From NCBI GenBank assembly GCA_013152815.1, contig JAADFO010000005.1:1-35583 (forward strand): a stretch of DNA of 35,583 nt, read 5' to 3'. Shown piece after piece: positions 16,648-25,541 of the stretch. The stretch's first letter is position 1; the number at the start of each line of letters is the position of its first letter. The translations under genes and the position numbers were made by a program. Source of the DNA: Nanobdellati archaeon. Its GTDB lineage: Archaea > Nanobdellota > Nanobdellia > Woesearchaeales > JAADFO01. Below the pieces are notes generated by a model. The model ran no database searches and had not been told where the DNA came from. It worked only from the letters and a program-made list of their open reading frames with translations.

Positions 16648-17802
16648 ATGAGAAAAGTTGCCATCATCGGAGTGGGCATGACCCCGTTCGGTCAGCTCTG
16701 GGACCGTTCCCTGATATCCCTGGCTGTGGAAGCAGGGGCAAAGGCAATCCACGATGCTGGGATCACCCACAAAGACGTCGGAGTGCTCTACGGCGGCACC
16801 ATGTCTTCCGGCCTGTTTTCCGGCCAGGAACACCTGGCAAGCATGTTCGCTGACCATTCAGGCTTTGACCACATCCCCAGCGTCCGGGTCGAGGCTGCCT
16901 GCGCATCCGGCGGTCTGGCGCTGCGCCAGGCGTATATTGACGTGGCCTCTGGTGCCCATGATATCGCCGTTGTCGGCGGGGTGGAGAAGATGACCGACCT
17001 CGGGATCTACCCGGTGACCAAAGTCCTATCGACGGCTGCCGATGCTGAGCGGGAATCTTCCCTCGGCGTCACCTTCCCGGGAATCTATGCCATGATGGCA
17101 CGCCTCCACATGCACAAGTATCATACCACCGAAGAGCAGCTTGCGATGGTCGCGGTGAAGAACCATGCCCATGCCATCCATAATCCCCACGCCCAGTTCC
17201 GCCGGGCCATCACTGTCGACCAGGTCATGGGGTCGGTGAAGATAGCCGACCCGCTCAAGCTCCTGGATGCCTCTCCGGTCTCTGACGGCGGCGCTGCCCT
17301 GGTCCTTGCCGACGAGAAGACCGCTCGCAGCCAAAGTGACACTCCTGTCTGGATAGCAGGCAGCGGCCATGCCACCGATACCATCGCGCTCCATGACCGG
17401 GAAGACATGCTGAGCATGAGATCGACGGTCTATGCCGCAAGAGACGCCTTCAGGCAGGCAGGCCTCTCTCCAAAGGACATCGGCATGGCCGAGCTTCACG
17501 ACTGTTTTACCATCGCCGAACTCCTGGCCCTCGAAGACCTCGGGTTTGTCGACAGGGGGGCATCAGGCAGCTTCATCGAACAGGGCCAGGCTCATATCGG
17601 CGGAAGCCTCCCCATCAACCCTTCGGGCGGGCTCAAGGCTAAAGGACATCCGGTCGGCGCCTCAGGCATCGCCCAGGCCATCGAGTCGGTCCTGCAGCTG
17701 CGGGGGGATGCAGGGTTGCGCAACACCGGGGCTGAGATCGCCCTGACCCAGAACGTCGGCGGTTCAGGAGGGACCGCAGTGGTCCACATATTCAGGAGAT
17801 GA
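16648..17802 (+). CDS. Acetyl-CoA acetyltransferase (archaeal thiolase)
   Basis: VAIIGVGMT, VEAACASG, GVEKM, VKNH, ELHDCF, NPSGGLKAKGHPVGASG; GAGGT before ATG 16648. Confidence 0.95.
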   Translation: MRKVAIIGVGMTPFGQLWDRSLISLAVEAGAKAIHDAGITHKDVGVLYGGTMSSGLFSGQEHLASMFADHSGFDHIPSVRVEAACASGGLALRQAYIDVASGAHDIAVVGGVEKMTDLGIYPVTKVLSTAADAERESSLGVTFPGIYAMMARLHMHKYHTTEEQLAMVAVKNHAHAIHNPHAQFRRAITVDQVMGSVKIADPLKLLDASPVSDGGAALVLADEKTARSQSDTPVWIAGSGHATDTIALHDREDMLSMRSTVYAARDAFRQAGLSPKDIGMAELHDCFTIAELLALEDLGFVDRGASGSFIEQGQAHIGGSLPINPSGGLKAKGHPVGASGIAQAIESVLQLRGDAGLRNTGAEIALTQNVGGSGGTAVVHIFRR

Positions 17803-17809
17803 ACACACG

Positions 17810-18220
17810 ATGGCTGTACCGAAATTCTGGCGGCAGATACCGGCGCTCTACAATCTCGAGGGCAGCGTCTGCGGATGTGGTGCGTTGGCCTTCCCTCCCC
17901 GGGAGGTCTGTCCGAAATGTCATGCTGTCGGCCTGAAGCCCCATCGCTTCAGGGGGAAAGGGACGGTCGAGACGTTCACCATCATCCGCACTCCGACAAC
18001 AGATCCTGAGGGAGAGAATATAGAGGTTCCGGCACGAAGCATACCCTATGTCATGGGCATCATCCGTCTTGAGGAAGGCCCTCGTCTCACAGCGCAGATT
18101 GTCGATGCCCGACCTGAGGATGTGAGGATCGGTGACCGGGTCGAGCTGGTCTTCCGCAAGCTATTGGAGAAAGGACCGAAGGGGGTTATCCAATATGGAT
18201 ACAAGTTCCGGCCTGTCTGA
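17810..18220 (+). CDS. DUF35 Zn-ribbon/OB-fold scaffold protein
   Basis: CGCG...PPREVCPKC, G.VETFTII, IQYGYKFRP; follows the thiolase. Confidence 0.92.
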   Translation: MAVPKFWRQIPALYNLEGSVCGCGALAFPPREVCPKCHAVGLKPHRFRGKGTVETFTIIRTPTTDPEGENIEVPARSIPYVMGIIRLEEGPRLTAQIVDARPEDVRIGDRVELVFRKLLEKGPKGVIQYGYKFRPV

Positions 18221-19460
18221 CAGAGACGCCCTTGAACGCTTTGTCGCAGATGTCAGAGAAGGGAAGCGGTCGCTGCGTGACCTTGACCAGGAAGGGAAGC
18301 CTGCTGCGGTCTCCCTGAGGAGGCATGTCCTGGGCACGCTCACCCATACTGATCTCACCCCGCTCACCGCAACCCATGTGGATGCAGAACATACCCTGTC
18401 AAACATCGAGAACATGTTCGGTTCCATAGAGATCCCTCTCGGCGCAGCAGGTCCGCTCCTGGTGAAAGGCCAGCATGCTCGCGGCCTGTTCTTCTTGCCT
18501 CTGGCGACCACCGAGGGCGCGTTGGTGGCTTCGGTCAACCGGGGCTGCAGGGCGCTCACCGCTGCAGGAGGCGCCATCACCGAGACGCTGCAGGATGCCC
18601 AGGCACGCTCGTTGCTCTTCGAGACAGCGGACGCGGAAAGCGCCCGTTCCTTCGTCTCCTGGCTGGAGCAGGAAGAGAACCGCCAGGTCATCTTCACCGT
18701 CGGACAGAAAGGGAGCAGGCATCTGCAGCTCGTCGGTCTGGAACCCTTTGTCCGGGAGAACCATGTCTGGCTCAGGATCACCGCGAAGACCGGCGATGCC
18801 ATGGGCATGAACATGATCACCATCGCAGGGAAGCAGATCGGCGACTATCTGGAGAAGAAGCATCCTGCGGTCACGTTCCTCTCAGAATCAGGCAATCTCT
18901 GCGTCGACAAGAAAGCGTCCTCCCTGAACCAGGAGAAAGGACGGGGGAAACGGGTCAGGGCCTGGGCAGTGTTGTCGTCATCCATCGTCGAGGAGGTCCT
19001 GAAGACCACTCCCGAAGCCATGGTCCGTCTCAACCGTCTCAAGAACCAGGAGGGCAGCAGGCTTTCCGGCTCGCTGGGAGAGAATGCGCATCATGCCAAC
19101 ATGGTGGCAGCACTCTTCATCGCGCTGGGCCAGGATGTCGCCCACACGGTGGACGGCAGCGTCGGCTGGACCAGGATGACGCAGGAAAAAGACAGCCTCA
19201 GGGTCGAGGTGGAGCTTCCTGCCTTGCAGGTCGGCACGGTCGGCGGGGGGACCGGGCTTCCAGGACAGCATGCCTGTCTGGAGATGCTCGGTGTCGCAGG
19301 AGGCGGCCATCCTGAGGGCAGCAACGGCCGCAAGCTCGGCGAGATCATAGCTGCAGGCGTCCTGGCAGGTGAGATATCCCTGATGGCAGCCCTTTCAACC
19401 CGGATGCTCGCAGCGGCCCATCAGAGGCTCAACAGAAACCCTGTGCAGCCGGCACCTTGA
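18195..19460 (+). CDS. hmgA: HMG-CoA reductase, class I
   Basis: NIENMFG, PLATTEGALVAS, DAMGMN, GNLCVDKK, GQD, GTVGGGT, C-terminal His; start reset to ATG 18195. Confidence 0.95.
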   Translation: MDTSSGLSDRDALERFVADVREGKRSLRDLDQEGKPAAVSLRRHVLGTLTHTDLTPLTATHVDAEHTLSNIENMFGSIEIPLGAAGPLLVKGQHARGLFFLPLATTEGALVASVNRGCRALTAAGGAITETLQDAQARSLLFETADAESARSFVSWLEQEENRQVIFTVGQKGSRHLQLVGLEPFVRENHVWLRITAKTGDAMGMNMITIAGKQIGDYLEKKHPAVTFLSESGNLCVDKKASSLNQEKGRGKRVRAWAVLSSSIVEEVLKTTPEAMVRLNRLKNQEGSRLSGSLGENAHHANMVAALFIALGQDVAHTVDGSVGWTRMTQEKDSLRVEVELPALQVGTVGGGTGLPGQHACLEMLGVAGGGHPEGSNGRKLGEIIAAGVLAGEISLMAALSTRMLAAAHQRLNRNPVQPAP

Positions 19461-19485
19461 GGAATCATCACTTGAGGAATCATCA
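19456..19485 (+). repeat. 15-bp perfect tandem duplication containing the HMGR stop codon
   Basis: CTTGAGGAATCATCA x2. Confidence 0.9.
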
Positions 19486-19531
19486 GGATCGTCCAGGGCA
19501 TCATCACAGAGGTCATTGAAGGCTCATCGCG

Positions 19532-20551
19532 ATGATTGCGATGGGAAGTGGAGCGATGCAGACCATGGGGTATGGAACGGCAGGAACGGCAGGAACAGCC
19601 AAGGTACAGCAATCCATCGTGGCAGAGGCATGTGCAAAGGTCATCCTCTTCGGCGAGCATGGCGTGGTCTATGGAACAGAAGGCATCGCTGCCCCTGTCC
19701 GGTCGCTCAAGACCCGGATCATGATAGAGCCGGGTCAAGGACTTCAGGTGTTCTTCGATGGCGCTCCCGATTCCTCTGCCGATGAGCGGCATGAGCGACC
19801 TGGGCAGCAGGAGAAGGACCGCAGCATCATCGTCGAACTGGTCCTCTTCGCAGCCAGGAAACTGCGTATTGATGCTCTTGACGCCAGGGTCCATGTCTCT
19901 TCCACCATCCCCTTCAGTGCAGGACTCGGTTCCAGCGCTTCCCTTTCCGTGGCCATCCTTCGGGCACTGGCGGCCTTCGGCGGAAAAGACATATCCGACG
20001 ACATGATGGATGCGTTGGCCTTCTCCTGCGAGAGTCGCTTCCATGCGAAGCCGAGCGGCATCGACAATACGGTCATTGTGAGAGAGCAGGTCATCTCCTT
20101 CCAGGACAAGGCTTCTGTTCCCCTGTCTCTGGGGAAGCCCCTGACCCTGCTGATCGCGGATTCAGGCATCAGGGCAGATACCAAAGCTGTCCAGAAGACG
20201 CTTTCCCGGCAGTATCGGCAGCACAGCGCAGAGATGGAGGGCATCTTCAAGGTCATGGACGAGGTGGTGCAGAATGCGAAAGTCGCCCTCGTCGCCGGCG
20301 ACCTCAAAGAGGTGGGGAGTCTCATGAACCAGAACCATGGTCTTCTGCAGGACCTGGGCGTCTCGTCAGAGCCACTGGACACCCTGGTAAAGATAGCACG
20401 CGAGGAGGGGGCATCGGGGGCAAAGCTGTCCGGCGCAGGCAAAGGCGGCATCATCATAGCGTCGGTCCCGGATGACGCACAACAGAGTGACCGGATCAAA
20501 GGGGCGCTGGAAAAGCAGGGCGCCAAGGTCCATCGGGTGGTGATCGCATGA
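19532..20551 (+). CDS. mvk: Mevalonate kinase (start uncertain among several ATGs)
   Basis: KVILFGEHGVVYG, IPFSAGLGSSA, PSGIDN, GAKLSGAGKGG. Confidence 0.92.
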   Translation: MIAMGSGAMQTMGYGTAGTAGTAKVQQSIVAEACAKVILFGEHGVVYGTEGIAAPVRSLKTRIMIEPGQGLQVFFDGAPDSSADERHERPGQQEKDRSIIVELVLFAARKLRIDALDARVHVSSTIPFSAGLGSSASLSVAILRALAAFGGKDISDDMMDALAFSCESRFHAKPSGIDNTVIVREQVISFQDKASVPLSLGKPLTLLIADSGIRADTKAVQKTLSRQYRQHSAEMEGIFKVMDEVVQNAKVALVAGDLKEVGSLMNQNHGLLQDLGVSSEPLDTLVKIAREEGASGAKLSGAGKGGIIIASVPDDAQQSDRIKGALEKQGAKVHRVVIA

Positions 20552-21696
20552 GCAGGCAGACCATCCCGTCGCTCAGACGCAGGATAGACGATGCTCTGGC
20601 CACGTTCCTCGACGAGCAGATTGAGCAGATTGTCCGTGTCCAGGATGATCCCCTCGCTTCCTCTGTCATGCCCTCTGTCAGGGAATGCTATGATATCATC
20701 AGAGCATACACCCTTCGCGGAGGAAAGCGATTGCGTCCTCTTGCCTTGCTCCTTTCTTACAGGGCGGCAGGAGGGACCGACATCGAGAAGGCATTGCTGC
20801 CTGCAGTGGGCATCGAACTCCTGCATACCTATTCGCTCATCCTCGACGACCTCATGGATGAGGACGACCTTAGAAGGTCTCATCCCTCGGTGCATGCTGT
20901 CCTGCTGCGCCTGTTCGACGGGCGTCCTGTCAAGAAAGATATCCATCCTGCCGATCCTCCCTTGCTTCATGGGCCGGCGGGTACCTCGCCGGGTATCCGG
21001 CTCTTCGCAGGGCAACCTGAACGCTTCGCAGCATCGTTCTCCATCATGATGGCCAATGTCACCATGCTGCTCTCTCGCAAGGCCTTCCTGGTCTCTTCCT
21101 CTTCGCCAGGGCAGCGGCTTGCCATGCTCCAGCTGGTCAACAGGGCAGATGAGCTGCTCTATCATGGCCAGATGATGGACATGGCTGGCGAGCAGGAAGC
21201 GTCCCTCAGCAGGGAATGGTATCTTAAGATGATACAGAACAAGACAGGGACCCTGTTCGGGCTGGCGTTCCAGCTGGGAAGCCTCCTTGCAGGGAACGAT
21301 CAGGGCACCCAAGGAACCTATTGGCAGACCGGCATGGAACTGGCCCGCGGCTTCCAGATAAGAGACGACCTCAAGGATGTCAAAGGAACCAAGGGACGGA
21401 AGAAAGGGACCGACATCATCAAGAGGAAAAAGACGCTGCTCTTCATCGAGGCCATGGACAGGGCAGATAAGGGGCAACAGCAGGTTCTGAAGTCCATATT
21501 CTCCAAGCCCGCCGTGACTGACAGGCAGGTGAAAGAAGTCATTGCCATCATGGAGCAGACCGGCGCGGTCGAGGCGTGCAGAAGCATGGTCCGACGTTCT
21601 TTGACGGAGGCCCGTTCCCTGGTCGAAGATATCGCCTTCTCCCATGATGATCTCCTGAAATCATTTCTCTCACAGATGGTCGAGGATGCGTCATGA
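20548..21696 (+). CDS. trans-polyprenyl diphosphate synthase (FPP/GGPP synthase family)
   Basis: GGKRLRP, FARM DDLMD...RR, GQMMD, KTG, SARM FQIRDDLKD. Confidence 0.92.
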   Translation: MSRQTIPSLRRRIDDALATFLDEQIEQIVRVQDDPLASSVMPSVRECYDIIRAYTLRGGKRLRPLALLLSYRAAGGTDIEKALLPAVGIELLHTYSLILDDLMDEDDLRRSHPSVHAVLLRLFDGRPVKKDIHPADPPLLHGPAGTSPGIRLFAGQPERFAASFSIMMANVTMLLSRKAFLVSSSSPGQRLAMLQLVNRADELLYHGQMMDMAGEQEASLSREWYLKMIQNKTGTLFGLAFQLGSLLAGNDQGTQGTYWQTGMELARGFQIRDDLKDVKGTKGRKKGTDIIKRKKTLLFIEAMDRADKGQQQVLKSIFSKPAVTDRQVKEVIAIMEQTGAVEACRSMVRRSLTEARSLVEDIAFSHDDLLKSFLSQMVEDAS

Positions 21697-21713
21697 ACGG
21701 CAGAGGAGACACC

Positions 21714-22742
21714 ATGAGCAGGATACACCAGCGCAAGCAGAGCCATGTGGACGTGGCCCTGAACAAGGACATCTCTTATCATAGGTCTTCCGGGCTGGAG
21801 CGTTACGCCTTCATCCATAATGCGTTGCCTGACCTGGACTTTAAGGAGATCGATACCTCTGCTGTCTTCCTCGGGAAGAAGATACAGCTCCCGCTCATCA
21901 TCTCTGGCATGACCGGCGGCCATGCTCTGGGCGCCCGCATCAACAGGAACCTGGCCATGGCAGCAGAGAAGACGGGCATCGCCATGGGCATCGGTTCCCA
22001 GCGCATCGCCCTTGAACATGAAGATATGCATGATATGGTGAGCAGCTCCTTCGATGTCCGAAAATACGCTCCCAGCATACCGCTGCTCGCCAATCTTGGT
22101 GCGGCTCAGCTCAACAAGGGCTATGGCCTGAAGGAATGCAGGCAGGTCGTCGAGCAGATAAATGCCGATGCTCTGGTCTTCCATCTCAACCCTCTGCAGG
22201 AGGTCATCCAGGGAGGGGATGTGGACTGGAAGGGCATCCTTCCGAAGATAGGACGGATAGTCAAGGCGCTCGATGTGCCGGTGATCGTCAAGGAGGTCGG
22301 CTTCGGCATCTCGGACGAGGTCGGCCGTAGGCTGGATTCTGTCGGTGTCCATGCCATCGATGTCTCTGGCTCTGGTGGCACGTCCTGGGCTGCCATCGAG
22401 AGCAGGCAGGGAAGCATGCGGCGACGCATGTTAGGCAGAAGGTTCTGGGACTGGGGCATTCCCACCGCAGAGGCATTGCAGATGAACAAGGGGCGTAGGA
22501 CGAAGCTCATCGCAGGCGGCGGCATCCGGAGCGGCCAGGACATGGCGAAATCCATCGCGTTGGGTGCCGACTACTGCACCATGGCCTCCCCTTTTCTCAA
22601 GGCAGCTGCCGATTCTCCGCGAAAGGTCATGGAACTCATCCTGTTCCTGGAGCTCGAGCTCAGGACAGCCATGTTCGGCATAGGAGTAAAAGACCTGAAG
22701 ATGCTGAAAGGAACACCTTCCCTCCGCAGGCTCACTCCCTGA
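21714..22742 (+). CDS. fni: Type 2 isopentenyl-diphosphate isomerase
   Basis: RKQSH, GMTGG, GSQR, HLNPLQE, VKEVGFG, GGTSW, WGIPT, GGIRSG. Confidence 0.96.
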   Translation: MSRIHQRKQSHVDVALNKDISYHRSSGLERYAFIHNALPDLDFKEIDTSAVFLGKKIQLPLIISGMTGGHALGARINRNLAMAAEKTGIAMGIGSQRIALEHEDMHDMVSSSFDVRKYAPSIPLLANLGAAQLNKGYGLKECRQVVEQINADALVFHLNPLQEVIQGGDVDWKGILPKIGRIVKALDVPVIVKEVGFGISDEVGRRLDSVGVHAIDVSGSGGTSWAAIESRQGSMRRRMLGRRFWDWGIPTAEALQMNKGRRTKLIAGGGIRSGQDMAKSIALGADYCTMASPFLKAAADSPRKVMELILFLELELRTAMFGIGVKDLKMLKGTPSLRRLTP

Positions 22743-22762
22743 GAAGAAGGGTCATGGTCTCT

Positions 22763-23152
22763 CTATGGTTCTTCCTGGTCTCCCTGGTCATCCGCTCCCA
22801 GGCAGGATTCCAGCCATGACCGGTATGTCCTGTCCATCTCTTCTATCCTGACCGACTCTATGAGCGGGGTGGTGTAGCTGTGCAGCCTCTTTATGGCTGC
22901 TGCTATCCTGTCGTACTGTGCGGAGATGCTCTTGAGGATGAGCATGACCTCATCCTCGTCTTCCACCTTGCCCTCCCAGCGGTAGAGGCTTCTGATGGGC
23001 AGCAGGTTGGCGCAGCCGATGAGCCTATGGTCGAGGAGCGTCCTTGCCATGCGCTCTGCTTCCTGCTCGTCCTTGCAGGTCGTGATGATCATCACCGGCG
23101 TGTCCTTCTTCCTGTTCCCTTGTCCTGCGTCTCTTTCTATCGTGTCCTTCAT
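22763..23152 (-). CDS. cutA: CutA divalent-cation tolerance protein
   Basis: LIGCAN, SLYRWEG, LHSY..P. Confidence 0.92.
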   Translation of the reverse strand: MKDTIERDAGQGNRKKDTPVMIITTCKDEQEAERMARTLLDHRLIGCANLLPIRSLYRWEGKVEDEDEVMLILKSISAQYDRIAAAIKRLHSYTTPLIESVRIEEMDRTYRSWLESCLGADDQGDQEEP

Positions 23153-24351
23153 TGGCGATCACCGACGAAGACGGTCTTTCCCTTCAGGGGAGCGATGCCG
23201 TCCTTCTTGGAGATGCTCAGGAGCTGGCTGAGCAGCCGTTCCAGCAGGGCAGGGGTCTCCTCCTTCACCCGGGCAGGGTCGAAGGGTGTATCAGGATGGT
23301 GAAGATACCCGATGCAGCTGATCCCTTTCTCGAACAGTCTCTCATAGCCTTCTCCTATGGTTCCTGCGATGGCGATGACCGGTTTTCCTCCTGCTGACTT
23401 TCCGAGGCCAGCGATGGCCTTGCCCATGGCCGACTGTCCATCGATCCTGCCTTCGCCGGTCAGGATAAGGTCTGCCTGCCCTATCTTCTCCTGCAGGTGG
23501 ATAAGTTTTGCGACCACGCCGAATCCTGGCTCGACCGTCGCATGGCAAAGGGCGAGCAGTCCGAAACCGACCCCTCCTGCAGCTCCTGCTCCTGGAACAT
23601 TCCTGTACTCTTCTTGGCAGTGTCGCTCCACGATGGTCGCGCAGTGTTCCAGCCAGCGCTCTAGGCGGTGCAGTGTCTCTTCATCCCCTCCTTTCTGCGG
23701 GCCATAGATGGCTGTCGCGCCGTTCTGGCCAAGAAGCGGATTGTCAACATCGCTCGCGATGATGATCTTTCTTCCCTCCAGTAGCCTGTCCGATGTCGTC
23801 GTATCGATGCTTCTCACTCTGGGAAGGTCTTCTGCAGCGAGGAAGCCGCCGTCGGGCGGCATGATGTCTTTCCCATCATCGTCCAGGAACCGCACTCCTA
23901 ACGCTTGAGCCATGCCTATGCCGCAATCATTGGTGGCAGAACCGCCGACACCGACATAGATCCTTTCCAGGCCCAGGTCTATTGCCGCCTTGATGAGCTG
24001 GCCAAGGCCGTAGGAGGTGGCTTCCCTGAGGTTGCGCTCGTTCTCTTCGGTGAGCGCAAGTCCAGAGGAGAGGGCCATCTCGACAAGACCGCTGGTCGCG
24101 TCAAGTCTGAGGAAGTGGGATGCGATCACCTTGCGATAGGGGCCGATGACCTTGCAGGGGATGAGTTCTCCGTCTGCTCCCTGATGGACCGCTTCAATGG
24201 TCGAATCCCCCCCGTCTGCGATGGGGCTGATCATGCAGGTTGTCTCAGGAAGGACATTCCTGACCGACGATGCCATGAGCTGTCCGATCTCTCCGGCAGA
24301 GAAGGTCTCCTTGAAAGCGTTCGGAGCGATGAGGATGTGACGAAGTTCCAT
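23149..24351 (-). CDS. glxK: Glycerate kinase (GlxK/GarK class)
   Basis: IAPNAFKE, PIADGG, GGSATND, YGPQKG, GAGAAGG, TGEGRID.QS.MGK; start reset to 24351 (minus-strand ATATATA about 23 nt upstream). Confidence 0.92.
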   Translation of the reverse strand: MELRHILIAPNAFKETFSAGEIGQLMASSVRNVLPETTCMISPIADGGDSTIEAVHQGADGELIPCKVIGPYRKVIASHFLRLDATSGLVEMALSSGLALTEENERNLREATSYGLGQLIKAAIDLGLERIYVGVGGSATNDCGIGMAQALGVRFLDDDGKDIMPPDGGFLAAEDLPRVRSIDTTTSDRLLEGRKIIIASDVDNPLLGQNGATAIYGPQKGGDEETLHRLERWLEHCATIVERHCQEEYRNVPGAGAAGGVGFGLLALCHATVEPGFGVVAKLIHLQEKIGQADLILTGEGRIDGQSAMGKAIAGLGKSAGGKPVIAIAGTIGEGYERLFEKGISCIGYLHHPDTPFDPARVKEETPALLERLLSQLLSISKKDGIAPLKGKTVFVGDRQ

Positions 24352-24372
24352 GCTGTTACAGGAAACCACAGG

Positions 24373-24423
24373 ATATATATGCTTTTCTTCAGCCATGAGT
24401 TCAGCCATGAGTAACTTTAAATA
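24373..24423. promoter_or_regulatory. Divergent TATA boxes for glxK and nop5 separated by a 12-bp duplication
   Basis: ATATATAT 24373-24380; TTCAGCCATGAG x2 (24388-24411); TTTAAATA 24416-24423. Confidence 0.55.
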
Positions 24424-24446
24424 GGATGTGGGCCCTCGAAGGTGCT

Positions 24447-25541
24447 ATGACAACCATACAGTACCAGAACTGTCTCGGTACCTTCATCTTCACGAAGGAC
24501 CTCAAGCTCATCAAGCATGATGCGGAAGGAAGGGACCTTGCTTCAGAGTATGGCGCTGTCCCTCCTGATAAGACGCTCATCCCCCCGATCCTTGAATTCT
24601 TCAGGGATCCTCAGTGGCTTCGTGCCTTCCACGCCAAAGGCATCGCTCTTGCCAAGGCATCTATCCTCGCCGATTTCTCACGCGACCAGCTCATCATCAC
24701 GACCATCGCCTACCTCGATGACCTCAGCAAGGTCTCCAACATGCTCACCAAACGGCTTCGCGACGCCTACTATGAGGTCTTTCCTGAACCGGCCATGCGC
24801 ATCCGGGACAACGGGAAGTTCGTCGAACTGGTCGCGACCAAGTCCCCTGCAGAACTGCGGGACGATCTCAGGCTTTCGAAGGACGAGGTGATGGAGGCTC
24901 CGCTGAGGAAAGGAGATTGGGAACGGCTCCACGGGCTCGCCGTCCGGGTCCACGGCCTCTACGCAGAGAAAGAGGCGAGCGAACGCTACCTTGATGCGCT
25001 CATGACCGAGCTCTGTCCGAACATGCTCGCCTTGACCGGTTCCACGATAGGTGCGAGATTGCTCCAGCTTGCGGGTTCCCTGAAGAAGCTCTCGATCATG
25101 CCTGCGACGACTGTCCAGGTTCTTGGTGCCGAGACCGCCATGTTCCGGCACATGCGGAACAAGCGCTACCTTCCGCCGAAATACGGAATCCTCCATGAGC
25201 ATCCTGCCTTCGCATCGACGCCCAGATACATCCATGGCAAGATCGCCCGTGCCCTGGCCGACAGGATAGCCATCGCCGCTAAGGTGGATTACTTCAAAGG
25301 GAAGCCTGTCGGAGAAGAGCTGAAAGAGCAGTTCGAGAAGAGGCTGGCCATGATCATCCGCCAGAAGAGAGCGCGGCCGATGCCTGTTCGCTCGTCTGCT
25401 GAGGCAGGCAGGAAAGACGACAGGGATGGCCGTCCCCGAAGACAACACCATCCTTCCCAGAATCCTCCCCGGACGTCCCAGAAGGAGAAGGGGCAGCGGT
25501 GGAAGCCCTCGCGTCAGATGAAGCCCAGGAGGTACCGATGA
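24447..25541 (+). CDS. nop5: Nop5 (NOP56/58) C/D box sRNP protein
   Basis: FPE, CPN, GARL...AGSL..L, PATTVQVLGAE, PKYG, GKIARALA, VDYF; basic low-complexity tail. Confidence 0.93.
   Translation: MTTIQYQNCLGTFIFTKDLKLIKHDAEGRDLASEYGAVPPDKTLIPPILEFFRDPQWLRAFHAKGIALAKASILADFSRDQLIITTIAYLDDLSKVSNMLTKRLRDAYYEVFPEPAMRIRDNGKFVELVATKSPAELRDDLRLSKDEVMEAPLRKGDWERLHGLAVRVHGLYAEKEASERYLDALMTELCPNMLALTGSTIGARLLQLAGSLKKLSIMPATTVQVLGAETAMFRHMRNKRYLPPKYGILHEHPAFASTPRYIHGKIARALADRIAIAAKVDYFKGKPVGEELKEQFEKRLAMIIRQKRARPMPVRSSAEAGRKDDRDGRPRRQHHPSQNPPRTSQKEKGQRWKPSRQMKPRRYR

Noticed and set aside
19744..21645. 633-aa minus-strand ORF and other long antisense ORFs (e.g. 2168-3301, 10239-11240, 21318-22352)
   Set aside because: Shadows of well-supported genes in GC-rich sequence; no motifs.
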